NCBI RefSeq assembly: GCF_000150275.1
Contig: NW_002060944.1
Coordinates: 3,596,474 to 3,660,473 of the forward strand
DNA length: 64,000 bases
Direction of reading: 5' to 3'
Source of the DNA: Trichoplax adhaerens
Taxonomy: Eukaryota > Animalia > Placozoa
Position numbers and translations under genes: made by a program. The notes under the pieces were generated by a model. That model made no database searches, was not told the origin of the DNA, and saw only the letters and a list, made by a program, of their open reading frames with translations. Shown piece by piece: positions 28,441 to 41,700 of this stretch (its first letter is position 1; each line of letters begins with the position of its first letter).

Positions 28441-30402
28441 TATCTTGTTCGTATTGACATCATCATCCTATCGATGGCTTGCTTATACGCAGAAGTAACA
28501 GATAAAATATCCTGTATGAAGTATTATTGCAGTCTTTTCAGTTTGTTCTTTTACTATCATTCCGACAATAACTACTAGACGTTGGCTCAATTATTGTTTT
28601 TTAATGGAGATTTACATTTTATAGTTACCCTTACTAGATATTATCTTATTACTAGGGTATAACGACCTTTAGAATCTATTGCCTTATCAATGATTTTACT
28701 ATGCTTAATACAAGGGACAGTCAAAAGAAAATCTTGTGCTAGTATTGTTTCAGTTTCATTTCCGAAAACTATTACTCTAACTATATCAATTTAGCTCGTG
28801 GATATACATTATTGTAACAATTGTTAAAGATGTCTCTATCGAACGGTACATTGCTTTTTTTAATGCGACTTAACGATATAGTATACTATCCCACCACCTT
28901 CAGATTTATTCGTAGTGGCGGTTGCTATATCATTTTACTTCCAAGGCTAGTTATGATAAGCATAGGCATAGTTTTGCCGTTATAGAAGAAGACGCTATTG
29001 TTAATTCGTAATGAATATTTTCTAAACTCATCTTGAATTTACAACTGTAGTCATCGTTCTTTTATACTAGTATTTGCTAGATAGTCTGCCCTTACCTAGA
29101 GTTTAAATATGAAAATGGATGTAGCCTTTAAATTATTGCTTAATATAAGCAAATTTTATATTCTTTTGTATGGCTCATATTGTATGTAGACGATTAATTG
29201 ATTTAAAACTGTTATATAGTACGTTTATGATTGGTTTCCTTCAAAGTTATTTTCTATTAATGACGGGAAGAGTCCATTTTTCTACTTGGATAGTAATTAC
29301 TTGTAATTGAATTCGGTCTGATTGCTTCGTGGCTGCAGTTCTAAGCAGCCTACAATGTATATGTACGCGTATATATATATTTAAATGGATATATAGTTCT
29401 TGACCTTTAATATTTATCATCTGGTAACTTTATACAAATTAAAAAGGTTATGTTTTCGCCTAATAACCTCTAAGCATCATCTTATTCGTCTACTCAAATG
29501 AAGATAGTGTTGTACAATGCCAAGCACTGATTTATTTTATAATTACCCATCTAGGAATCTTTTCTATGTTTTGTCTAAATATTAACAGCCTCACCTGTTT
29601 ATTAAAGATATTTCTTATAAAATGTTTACTATTTTCTCTACATATTAGTTGTTTCTGAATCAAGCTATTTAAATACCACAATATTTTGTACTGTAACTAA
29701 CGGTGCTATCATGATTATGATTAGCATTGGTCTAAAATTAATAACATTAATGAGACAGTATCGACAGAATTGATACAATCCATCCTGTCAATTAATCAAT
29801 TTCTTTGAAAGATTTGTCGTAACAGGGTTTGAATATCAATTCTAACCATATTCAACTTTGTTAATCGTGATTCTGTTAAAATAGACGCTTAGCTAGAAAC
29901 GATGAAAAAATATTCGGCTATCGTTTTTAATTGACCAAACTTACTATCCCGATGATTATTTACGTATTGTGTGAAGGACTGGACGATCTACGTCGACAAG
30001 AATTGTATTTTGAAATTGTAATATCCGTTTTGATTATTTGGTATCCTAGTATATAGCTCAATATTGTATTATGAGTGGCCCTGTTTGTCAAAATAATTAT
30101 TTATACAAAGTGATCAATGCATCAGAGCTTTAACTCAAATTTACGATATCCTTGACAAATTGCATGTAACATAGTAAGAGATATCTTCTTATTTACCGGA
30201 AAAGTTCAAGCTAATTTGAAAACAACGACTTTCGACAATTTCATTGCATAAATAAATAACTCTCTAGCTATTATCTTAAATGTGTCTATTTACAACAAAT
30301 ACCTGCAATAGATTAGAAATAGACACAAAGCTATCATGAATAAACTTTTCAAGCGAATTTATTTAATTAGCAATCTCTATTTTAAATACCAAAAACTTTT
30401 AG

Positions 30403-33400
30403 ATATCCATGACGGTTGAAGGTTCCAAGGATAATCCTGATCATAACCATTTATACCGTGTAGAAGATGGAGAGACCCAGGTTAATGCCAACTACTGGTC
30501 TCGCTAATGAATAGAAAGGAATGACTATATTATTAATTGTATAATAATTTTACGGTGACATTGTCTATAGTTGTAAAAATGATTTACTCTCGTTGAGTGT
30601 TCAGATAGCGTACCGTACTTCGCAGAAAAGGTTTTTAAAAAAATCATTAAGTGATGTTGAATTAGTACAATACATAAGCAAATGTTCATACATTTGATAC
30701 TGGTTTCTACATATTAGATTAAGTAGAAGTAATTAATCTAGATGAAGCTGTGCGTATAAATTATAACTATTTTAGTGCGTGAGCTGGTATAGTCTCGTGT
30801 ATGCACGGTTTGTATCTACTTATTTAAGATTAAAGTTATAGCTGCTGAGCTAGATACAAATAAAATTCCAATTTTATCTGTTATAGTCATATCAAGCTGG
30901 TTGTAGTAGTCCAATCCATTTGGAAGAACCAGAAAGTCAAACCCGCTGGTATTTTAAATATTTCCTAGGAAAGGGTAAATAAAAAAACAGTCTTGTTGTA
31001 ATATTAAAATTCTACTAATAAGAATGAATATTTTGTTACTACATTTGGCTCAATACTAATTTGTATCAAAGCCATTAAAGCAAAAAACACCAGCGGGGTT
31101 TATACTTATTACAAAATAATCCAACTTTTTAATATTGAAGCTTGGTCTTCATTACCAGTACATATTTCTCTCTGTCAAGATGATTGCGTTCTATTAATTT
31201 GCATTCATGTTAATTTGTCCGGGATATGTACGGTTATATTTATTTTCGGCAATATACAAGATGTCAGTTAATTTTCGATACTCATTAATAGATAATCATT
31301 AAAAAACCAACTCTGATTATGGCTGTCAAATTAGTGGTCTCTTTGCTATCTATTCTAACCAGTTTTATTATGTAATGCTACTACAATTAACTTCTCAATT
31401 TTGCTTACTAACGTTATTTTATAGAATTTATTTTTACGATACCAATCCAATATTACTGTATATTAATGCAATCGTCTCTTTGCTGTCTAATATAATCAGT
31501 TTTATACGTTATTGGAATTTATTTCTCTTTTCTTACTATTGAAGTTATATAAAATTCAACTTATTGTGCTAAATCTTAGATATGTTTATGTAATAAGTAT
31601 TCTGCTATCCACTATAAGTAGTTTATTAAGTATTATTATCGGAACTTAATTCTCATTTTTTATCGGTGAAATTATATGAAGTTTTAATTTTACCATCCCA
31701 ATTCCAATGCTATTTTACATTTACACTAATTAAAGCTGAATTACGGCTAGTATGCTATTTGAATCTAAAAAAAATTATTCTAAGTACGTATAAGAATTGA
31801 TAAACCGAGTGGCTTACTTCTTCTGAATCTGTTGATACTGCGTCTCAAATGTATAATGTAGATGTACTCTGCACTTATGCTGCAGCCTTCATAAAAATTA
31901 TACTTGAATATTAGAAGATATTCTGAATGATAAATCTCTCATTAATTTTATATGATACAACGAATAGTCCATCGCAATTACGTTGGCTTCGATAAAGAAA
32001 AGCAGCCATTCTTTGTATCAGTAGTAACTGAAACAGACAACTCTAATTTTACGCAATATCGAGCAATATTATGGCATAAAAAAGCAAGTTTTTTTACCAT
32101 TACTGCCAGAATTGAGCAAATTAATTTTAATAATATTACTTAATGGTTACTCCTATTTAAACAGGGATGCCAAAAATTATGCATACCTTGGAAACTAAAG
32201 AAAGATTTATCTATAAAAGGAATCTTACAGTATGATATAACTGTTAATAATATCACTAGATCACCGTAGTGATAGAAATTGGCTGCAAAGACCATTTCTA
32301 ACTGTCTTCATAACCCCAAAATATGCTTTCTCATGGTGTCTTCAATTCGATTTTGTAGGTTTTTTTCACTAAAAGATATTGATAAACCTCATCTTAAACA
32401 AATTCAAACGCCATCACTTCAAAAGGTAAAACTTGGACTATAACTAACGTTACCTGGAAAAGGATTACATTTACCGTAGCTCGAAATTCTTAATTACAAT
32501 TTTATTTTCTCTCGTAGCGATTACTGCAATTAGAAGAACAAGAGGTAAGAAAGGAAGACGTAAACAGGCTTTGAGCAATTAATATTAATAAAAGTTGTCG
32601 AAAAATGAACATATGAACTTTATATTGCCCTTCGTTCTATATTGTAACTATTTAGGGTGCAATTAAACACAAATTTGGAGTTATTTATGCTCGGTCAGGT
32701 CAAGTCCGCGACGATGAAATGTTAAGCAATGGTAAATTTTATTTATGTTTTAGTCTATACCTTGCGGTATATTAGTATCTGATGAGGTAAATGTATCCAT
32801 CGAAGCTGAGTTTCTATTTATGCCATCATGCTAATAAGCAATGTGAGGAAATTTGTTTTATATTATGCTCTTCCTAATATGTTAATACAGAAAGTGGAAG
32901 TGAAGGCTTCAATGCTTTTATCAATTTATTGGGTGATCAAATTCGATTACAGAACTGGAATAAATATCGAGGCGGTCTTGATGTCAAGCGTAAGTAAAAT
33001 TTTGCATGTACAGTGTTATATTAGGAATACATCCAGTAACATAATCAATTGATCATATGAGCGAACATTATAGACAATTGAAGCTGCTTTCTTACGGTAT
33101 TCTCTCTTATTGATCCTATCTTCGTGTATAGGCAATACAACTGGAGAAAATTCTTATTATACCGTTCATGAAGGAAGAGAAATTATGTTTCATGTTTCCA
33201 CTATGCTTCCGTATGAGCCGACAGATCGACAACAGGTAAGAGATTGGGCTAAGTTTTAACTTACTAGAACTTTCTAAATATGGTCAGGCTAACTATTAGT
33301 ACATCCTATTTCATGGCATCTTCACGTTTGGCATTTTATATTTTATAAAATGTTCACTTCAAGATTGAACGCAAGCGCCATATTGGTAATGATATTGTCG

Positions 33401-36400
33401 TCATCATCTTTCAAGATATTGATGGAGAGGAGAAACCTACATTTAAGCCAACTGGCATTAAATCCCATTTCACACGTATCCTATTTTGATTGCATTACAA
33501 TAGCTTTTGTACAATAATGAGTCACTTATAGAAATGTCTGGTAACCTTACCTCTAAATTTTGAAGCAAATGAAAGCTACCATTTGTATATCTACATAAGC
33601 AACATAGTAAATATCCTTAACTAGAGCGATTAATCTCCTAAAATAGATGTTTTCGCTTTGGTAACCCATAATAAAATCGACAACACTTACAAGTAAATTA
33701 TTCTTCATATCGATCTAATATCATAAAGCGACGAAATATAGACTAAACATCATCCTATAACTACGAATTTGTTAAAAATGAATATTTGGATTTGTATTCT
33801 ATAGAAATATACTTTCTTAAATATCGACGTTATGATTGATTTGTAGATTAGCTGTGTATTCTTATAATGCTGTACCATTATTCGGCCCACCATTGCATAA
33901 ACCACCCGTATTCTCCAATCACCAAGAATTTCGCGATTTTCTTCTTGTTAAATGTAAGCCTTTTGCGTATGCTTTGGCAAACTAAGATAACTGAAATGAA
34001 AAATAATAAATCAAAACCAATATTTATCATGAATTATGATGATATTACAGTCTAGGCAACTTAGTTTGTACATATTATCTCGTATTTTATGCTTGATATC
34101 AGAAATCTACTGCTAATTTTTTTAAAATTCGCATTTTTTCTATCATTTCAATATTATTATTGATTAGTAATTAACGGAGAGAAAGCATCGTATCATATCC
34201 CAGTCTTTGCTGATAAAAGAAGAAGAACACTTGAAGCTTTAATTCGAAACGTCTATGAGGATCTTGTTGTTCCAGAAGTGAGAAGTGTTTATATTGAAGA
34301 TTTGATCAATAACTAATTTAAACTGATGAACATAATTCGGATATAAATTCAGTCACTTACAGATCTTATTAATTAAAATCTATTTTTCAGCTATTGCACT
34401 CTCGATCATTCCTTCTATCTTCCTTTCCTGGCGCAGAAGCGAAAAGAAAACGTGAAGAATTTTTGGAATATGGTACTGCTCTTAAAATTGATGTCATTAA
34501 CGCAGGTAGTGCACCTATTGGGACGTCTAGCTCTCGTCCGAGAGATCGTCGACAGGTTTGTATTCGATTCTACATTCAATTACTACGGCATTAACTAACA
34601 TTTGCATCAATCTTTGATGACTTCTCATAATGAGAAAATATAGAAATATGGATTTTCTTTCATTTTTAATTATATCTTTTAGCCTTGGCTACCTCATCGT
34701 GTATGCTCTAATTTTCCACATTCTGTCATTTGTGGTGACAGTTGGGGTAAGTACAGCAGTTATTCTACCCATGCGAAAATTATCCAAATATTTCTTACGC
34801 ATAATGCAAATACGCACTAGCGATTGGTACTTATCTCAAACTACGAATCCATGTCTAATATTCCTTAACTTATAAATTCTAAGGTGATTCTTTGGTGGTT
34901 GCAACAGAAAAGGGTGTTTTTCTTGTAGAAGGTATATAAAGCTAAGGCATTTATGTTGGTAAAAATTTTAAGGAGTGTTTTAAACTAGGGATACTGTAGA
35001 CTTATGGTTCTGTGTTACTATTTTACGTAGTTACATATTTTTGCCTCTCGAAATGTTCTCTCTATTGAGATGCCGAAATAAAGTATTGCCTTTAATGATT
35101 GTACTATTTATGTATTGACGGGTGTTTATACCTGATAATGTTTTCATACAGTAACAGGCCAAGGTTGATATTTAGAGATTATATATTCTTAATATTAGCT
35201 TTCACTATTCGCAGTATTTTAAAATTCAATACATTAAATTTTATCTTGGATTACTACACAGATTGATATGTTTGAGGTTTAATACCCTTAATATTAGCTA
35301 TAACTATTCACATTATTTTAAATCGAATACGAACACTTACTATAGGTGATTATATAGATTGATATTTTAAGATTTAAGATTATTAACATTAGTTTCACTC
35401 TTTGTAGTACTTTAAAATTAATATCCTTAGTACTGTTTTTCACTATTTGTAGTATTTTAAAAATGGAACACAAAAAATTTATCTTAGATGATTACCCACT
35501 AATGTTTAAGACTTAACATCCTTAATATTGATTTCACTATTTGCAGTACAGTATATTAAAATCAAATATGAAAATTTTTTAGGTGATTACGCTTATCAAG
35601 AATTGATTGATTCTAGCGTAACGATTAATCAATTAAATACGGTGGAATCTCATCACATTCTACTCATGAGAGGGCATTGTAAAGGTAATCTATTTTAATT
35701 TATACTCTACGAGCGGGATTCATGAAATACTTCAGCCGATACTTTTCTCTACAGTTCATTTGCTGATAGTTAGTTACTTTAGGTTATTTTTCTTAAATTA
35801 ATCGGGATTGAATAGAGCGATGAATTTGCAAAAAATCGATATAATGAGATCCATTCTGAAATTAACTTATGACTTGTTCAATAAGAATATCTATAATGGA
35901 TCGTGAAATATCGAAAAAACTACTAACCAAAATAGAAATTTTTATTACTTCTTTCTAATTCAAGTCACTAATATTTGATCTAATGCAGGAAAAGATACCC
36001 GGCAATACTTGTATATTGTTATGCTGAATGAATTCGTTGGAGACAAAACAAGCACAACGATAATTAAAGGAATTGATGTCATTAAGGATGGGCGATTAGA
36101 GATAACTCGCGGTAAGATTATAAAAAATATTTATGATTAGATCTAATATCATTAAATTGCATTGTACAAAATGGACCTTACATATCTGATAGGTAGACAA
36201 TAAGTAAGAATAAATCGAAAACGCATGGAATTCGCTTAGCTAACTTTTCCGTACATAACAGGTTGCCATTTATATGCAGTTAACCAAAGTAAAGATGGCG
36301 TTCTTAAAGTAGCTGTGGCAATCAAGGCACGTATAATCATATTAACGCTAAGTGGGTTAGATGAATTTGAACACAGGCTTCAAATATCGCCGCAAGACTT

Positions 36401-38809
36401 GATTGAACGATTTGTTAAATCTCAGGTATTTCTTGAGCACATTGCGTAAACTTAGCTACTACAACGAAAGAAATATTTTGATCAAGGGTTAAGTGCCGCC
36501 CTACATGAGATTTACTAAAATAAATTGATGTATTCTTGACCAATTATGCTCTGTTACATTAGAGTAGTATTGGCCTTTATTATTCTATGATGAAAAGGAA
36601 TATATTAAGTAATATAGTCTTAAAATATTGTTATATTTCGTACGGTAATCGATAAAGTAGTCTTATAACATAATGCACTCAAATGGTACTTTAGGTCTCC
36701 AATGCATTTAAAATCTATTATTTAGCAACGGTTAGCTTCTATAACGGCATACATTCCGTAGCTTTCGTTAATGAATAGTTGTACTCTATGCTATAAATAC
36801 TTAACTATTAGGTAAATTAGTCTCGAAGCAACTATCTTGAAGGCGATATTAATAAGTAGAGGAAAACACCTAAATCGGTATTGCTTAATCATTATTACTA
36901 TAAATAACGGTTGAAATTTCATACAGGATATTTCGCTCGGTCAAGAGCCGACGTTAATATCGGTGGCGAGTGGGCATCAACCCGAATCGGATCTAATTTG
37001 TGTTGGCTATAAAGAACATTTTGAAATTATCGAGGAATCAACTGGCGATATCAAAAAGGTCCATCGATTAGAGGCGTTCGGACAGGTAGCTATCTCTATA
37101 TGAATTCTATTTTAAAAGGCGAAATTGAGCAAACGTTGTAACTCTGATGAAAACCGTAATATTCAGATATTTTAAAACGTAAAAGAAACTATACATATTA
37201 TTAATATAGAAAAATTGAAATAATTTTGAAGATAATAACACAATTTATTGTAACATTAACCACAATTTCAATTCTTAATATTAGTTTGAAGAAGTCAAAT
37301 CTAAGAAACGTCATAAAAAGAAGGTAAGTACTGACAACTAAAGATAGATTTCTATTTCAATACTCGATTACATAGTAAGATCAATTTCAGAATTTTATTT
37401 CTTTTCTTGCCATTTCTCTGAATCTCGGTAACTTACTTGTAATTTTCTTAACATAGGCCATCAACTTAGTTAATCCGGTCAATGTTTATGATGAAGCTGG
37501 TAAGCCGGAAGTATTCCTGACTGGCAATCGTAAGTCGATGAAATAAAATAGTCATATCTATCGAATGCAATATAAACTTAGTAGTGTAAATGTTAATTTA
37601 ATTTGTCATCGAATTGTGCTACCGTTGTAAATTCTTAACCTTTTAACATATTATTTGCTCTTATTTTTTGATAATTTAGATGTTTCTTTCCTCCTTGGAC
37701 TTGGTCTAGAAGTTTCATATATCAGCAGTTACTACTGGAATCATCCACCACTTTATATCGGTAAAGTAGCTAGCTTGTCAGTCAATGCACAGGAAAGATT
37801 TAGATCGTTCTGTTAAATTAAGCCAGATTTAATAGATTAGTGCCATCTTTGACTGATTACTAGTTAATATTATAAATTGTTACATTTCAGTTTGTGCTTA
37901 TCCATATTTGTTGGGATTTGCATTAAATTATATCGAAATCAGATTGGTCGTTAATGGATGCTTGGTTCAAGCTATTACATTTCCAGAAATTCAGTTTATT
38001 ACATCCAAGGTAATATCTGACTGCTGCGTTATTCGTTCACTAATTTAAGAGATGTCATCATCTTTTACTGTCGTTGTGGAAAGAATTTCTATAGCTTTAA
38101 ATGAATAATGATTGTGATAATTAAGTAGACTATTCTTGTCATTATTCATCTCAAAGTCAATGTAAACTAGCTAGCAAATTGAAGCAGTTTAGCATATAAT
38201 TCATTTTTAATTCATCGATCCATGATGCTGCTATAAATCTAAATTTGTATTAAGGAAAATATAACTGTAACAGAAACTAACACTACGAGCCCACTGCTTA
38301 TAAATTTAGATTGCAGTAGATGCTTTTATATAATGAACGGATTGTAATGTTTTACTGCCTAATTCCTGTAGTTTGACATCTATTTCGCAACACAACCAAC
38401 ACGATCAGCTTCTATTGGTTCGAATAGCTCTCAAGGCGTAGTAACACAACGATTAAATTCGTGTGCCTTATATAAAATACCAATAATGTCGCTATTAGGT
38501 AATGTCAATCAATCATTTCAGTAGCTTAAATAACTTTAAAATTTTAATAGGCAAGGTTATGAAATATAACGTCTGCAATTTCTATATGCTAAGTTGAATT
38601 ATTTCGAAATATTAGGTGATGAACTGTACATGTCGAGAATTAAATCGACTGTAACGGCAGCAGGTATAAATAATTCAGCAATGCGTCCTGGTCGATTTAA
38701 TTCTACTTCTAAAGGTGGACCATTTAAACGCTGTGAATCCAATCTCGTTGAATCAACTAAAGGAGTTCCACGTAGTATTATGAGAGCTCAGTTGCATCGA
38801 ATTGTATGA
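30403..38809 (+). CDS. GARNL3: GTPase-activating Rap/RanGAP domain-like 3 (Rap-GAP domain + CNH domain); 26 exons, 5' end unresolved
   Basis: Exons: 30403-30480, 30887-30974, 31968-32083, 32165-32229, 32359-32425, 32518-32544, 32656-32731, 32891-32989, 33132-33235, 33364-33475, 33647-33692, 33847-33953, 34168-34277, 34391-34555, 34683-34746, 34884-34931, 35583-35684, 35989-36111, 36262-36425, 36927-37085, 37285-37323, 37457-37529, 37680-37760, 37891-38009, 38372-38498, 38616-38809. They sum to 2553 nt with consistent phases. GARNL3-type motifs: HLEEPESQTRWYFKYFLGKVHRNY, QYRAILW, KFGVIYA, YRGGLD, EIMFHVSTMLPY, ERKRHIGNDIV (catalytic Asn), VPLFGPP, HQEFRDFLLVKLINGEKA, KRRRTL; CNH segments GCHLYAVN, ICVGY, CAYPYLL, EIRLVVNG. 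In-frame ATG at 30409; further upstream exons possible. Confidence 0.95.
31335..31700. repeat. Intronic degenerate tandem repeat, ~135 bp unit x3
   Basis: tctctttgct.tcta..ta..cagttt recurs inside GARNL3 intron 30975-31967. Confidence 0.65.
32084..32164 (+). other. GC-AG intron in GARNL3
   Basis: WHKK|GCAAGT...ACAG|GGA (GCQKLCIP). Only the GC donor keeps the conserved frame; the nearby GT at 32088 would shift the frame. Confidence 0.8.
33476..33646 (+). other. U12-type (minor spliceosome) GT-AG intron in GARNL3
   Basis: 5' splice site GTATCCTATT (U12 consensus RTATCCTT), branch box TCCTTAAC at 33614-33621, weak pyrimidine tract. Splits the His codon in SHFTH/VFALV. Confidence 0.85.
35160..35592. 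repeat. Intronic tandem repeat (~100 bp unit x4-5) that includes the 3' splice site
   Basis: cttaatatt..tttcactatt.gcagta..ttaaaat..ttag(g/a)tgatta recurs; the last copy supplies the real acceptor at 35581-35582. Confidence 0.75.
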
Positions 38810-39149
38810 GAGATGGCGGTATTACAGATTATTCCTACAACCCTGTCTTAGATAGGATTATTTCTTGAAAAATGACCTATTAGATCGTATATGGTGAGAT
38901 TACCGTTCTCATTTTACTTAGCCTCTACGAGTTATGTTCGATTTGAGGCCATATTTTAAAATTGATGTATCAAGGGCTTTGTTCAAATCAGTTCAAATCG
39001 GTAATCAATTATACTATTTGATGGATTTGTAGTGATAGTCAAAGCATAAAACAATCAGTTTGCTATTTTAAGACAGTTTAATTATGGATCGATATTATTT
39101 GGTGCAAAATTTGTTCTAATTAAATATCTTTTTCCTATTGTTCATTAAA

Positions 39150-39590
39150 CCAATATCGCAATTCTGTGGTTTATGAATCTTACATTATATGAACCTTCTG
39201 CTTTTTAGTTAAAATAGAGTTAAGGATTATTGTGATCTAGTCCATGATCCATTTTAAAGATAATTGCATGGTTTGAAATTAAAATTGAGCTAATATTTCC
39301 TTTAAAGGAATATCATCATTTTGTGGTTTATAAGTCTTACTTATATGACTCCCGCCTTTTCATTAAAGTAGAGTTATAGATTATTGTGATCTAGCCCATG
39401 ATCCATTTCAAAGTAGATTGCATAATTTGAATTTGAAATTAAGCTAATCTTTCCTTGAAACCAATCTATTTTGTTGGTTTATAAATCTTACTATATATAA
39501 ATTTCACATTTTTTTAGTTCAGATAGAGTTATAGATTATTGGAGTCTAGTCAACGATACAGAAGATTGCATTATTTGAAATTGAGCTAAT
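39150..39590. repeat. Degenerate tandem repeat, ~165-175 bp unit x3, downstream of GARNL3
   Basis: ggtttat.a.tcttac..tagagtta..gattattg..tctag..attgcat..tttgaa..tt.agctaat recurs. Confidence 0.85.
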
Positions 39591-40644
39591 GTTTAATTAT
39601 CTTATTTATTGTTAACAAATGATATTAGTAGAAGATGGTTAGACTGTTTATCTGATTTATACATGGTAAAAATTTGTGAAGTAATAGCTTACATGAATTG
39701 TGGTCTATGTTTTTATCATGATATTATGACAAATTGAAAATTCTCTTTTATTATTTACTGTATAAGATAAAATTTTTAGATACTATTTGCTCTGCATAAA
39801 TTTACAGAATCCGTTGCCTTTTAAATTATTGTAGATTCATTGAAAAGGTTAGCAGTTTCGACTTTATATTATCATAACTTAAGTTTCATTTAATGTTCGA
39901 ATCAATTTGTTCCTTTTAAATTAGATAGGATTAATTTAAGCCTCGCTTATTAAATTATATGATTTTCATGGTCCAATAGAAAACTTTAGACCTGTTTGTT
40001 TATTGCATAGTTATTGAATTTTAGCTGTTGAATTTTATCAACTACATATGCTTAAGAAATCAAATTGCTTTCAAACCGATTATAAAGTTTACCTATCTTC
40101 ATTTTTATGAATATTATGACTTATGTCTTTTTCTACTAAATGGGTAAATTGCGTAAATTTCAAATTCTACTTCATGATTTGTGACCGTACGATGTGCAGT
40201 CTACGTTATGTACAAGCTGAAATTAAGTCAATAATATTTATTTGTGGGTGCCAGTTTCGGATTGAGATCATTATACTTATTGATAAAAAAATTTAATAAT
40301 TTGTCTTCTGCACTGCTACATCCATCAAGTATCCTAACTGGAAAATACCTGCTATTGAGTAGTTTATCTAATTCTTAATCTACAGGCATATCTTATATTA
40401 GATATAATTTTGATCACTTAAATGTCGTATAAATATCATTTAAAATAATGTCGTTATATGTTGTATAAACTTTCAATGCATGTTCAAATAAAATAGCTAA
40501 AACGCTAAAATGAAAGTGTGGTCATTTATGTTAATGAAAGTAACTGTGTTACTATAATACTAAACCAAAGTACGCCATCGTTGCTTTGTTAAAACTACCT
40601 GGTATTCCATCTTTCTGCTGATGGATTTACACTCATATGAATTT

Positions 40645-41700
40645 ACAATCAATACACTAAAACTGTTCGAAGGTTATGATGAATTCATAAGTAATCTAAT
40701 AATGGATCGATTACTCAGGATGTTCAATTGCAATTAAGTTTACAACTCTATCGCTTATCAATGTGCTAATTAACTCATTCTTTCATTTTTATGCGTACTC
40801 TATATGCATCCAGTAAATTACTTATATAACTTCAGTCCTATTGTTACGGTACGAACTACCGTGAAGAAATAGCTATCTAAATTTGGTTAATATAATATAG
40901 TGATAATATATTACAACTAGTGACTTACAATAGGAATTACTCTAATTATAAATGTGTTATAGTAAATTTAATGTTGTGCTGTAACGTGCACTGAAATGAT
41001 CTGTGAATGGACATGTTGTAGTCCGACTGTGAAAAATTAGTTAGTAGATGTTCTCACCTAAGTATTTTTATAAGATGACTCATGAATGTTAGCTGCTGTA
41101 GATGGGCATATAAGCCCATCAGATAGTTGAATAAAAGTAATTCTCAATTGTCTAGTTGAGTTTAACGTAGAACCAAAGGCATCTAAATTCTTGTGAGATA
41201 GTTAAGGGATACTGAATCCCGGAGACTATAGTAATTTAGAGATTTGTTTTATGTTATCTTTGTCACGAAGCTGGTTTGTGACAGCTATCTACACACTAAA
41301 ACTATTCACAGGTAACGACTATAATTTATAAGTAATCTGGGAGTAGATTGATTGCTCTAGATGTCCAGTTGCAATTAAATTTACAACAATATCGCTTTAT
41401 AGCTTAATATCGCTTGTTAATATACTAATTAACTACTTTTTCGTTTTCATACAAAGCTTATATGCATCGAGTCAATTACTTACATAGCTTCTTGCTATCT
41501 ACATACTGAAACTATTCATAGGTCACGATTAATTTGTGAGTGATCTATGGATGCATTGATTGCTCTGGATGTTCAATCACACTTAAGTTTAACTTTATCG
41601 CTTGTAGCTCGGTATCACTTATTACTAATGTGCTAATTATTCCTTTTTCGTTTTATGCCTTCGTTTATATGCATTTATTCAAACACTTATATAGCTTTTG
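40645..41700. repeat. Degenerate tandem repeat, ~205 bp unit x3, interrupted by an inserted element
   Basis: acactaaaact.ttc..ggt..gat.gatt.ctc..gatgt.ca..ctaatta..tatatgcat..actta.ata.ctt at ~40650, ~41284 and ~41494. Confidence 0.8.
40842..41283 (+). mobile_element. Solo-LTR-like element (copy 2)
   Basis: TGTTAC...GTGACA termini; 5-bp TSD CCTAT/GCTAT (the host repeat consensus is GCTAT). Internal TATAAG (41109-41114) followed by AATAAA (41130-41135). Inserted exactly at a unit junction of a tandem repeat; homologous to 11167-11736. Confidence 0.75.
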
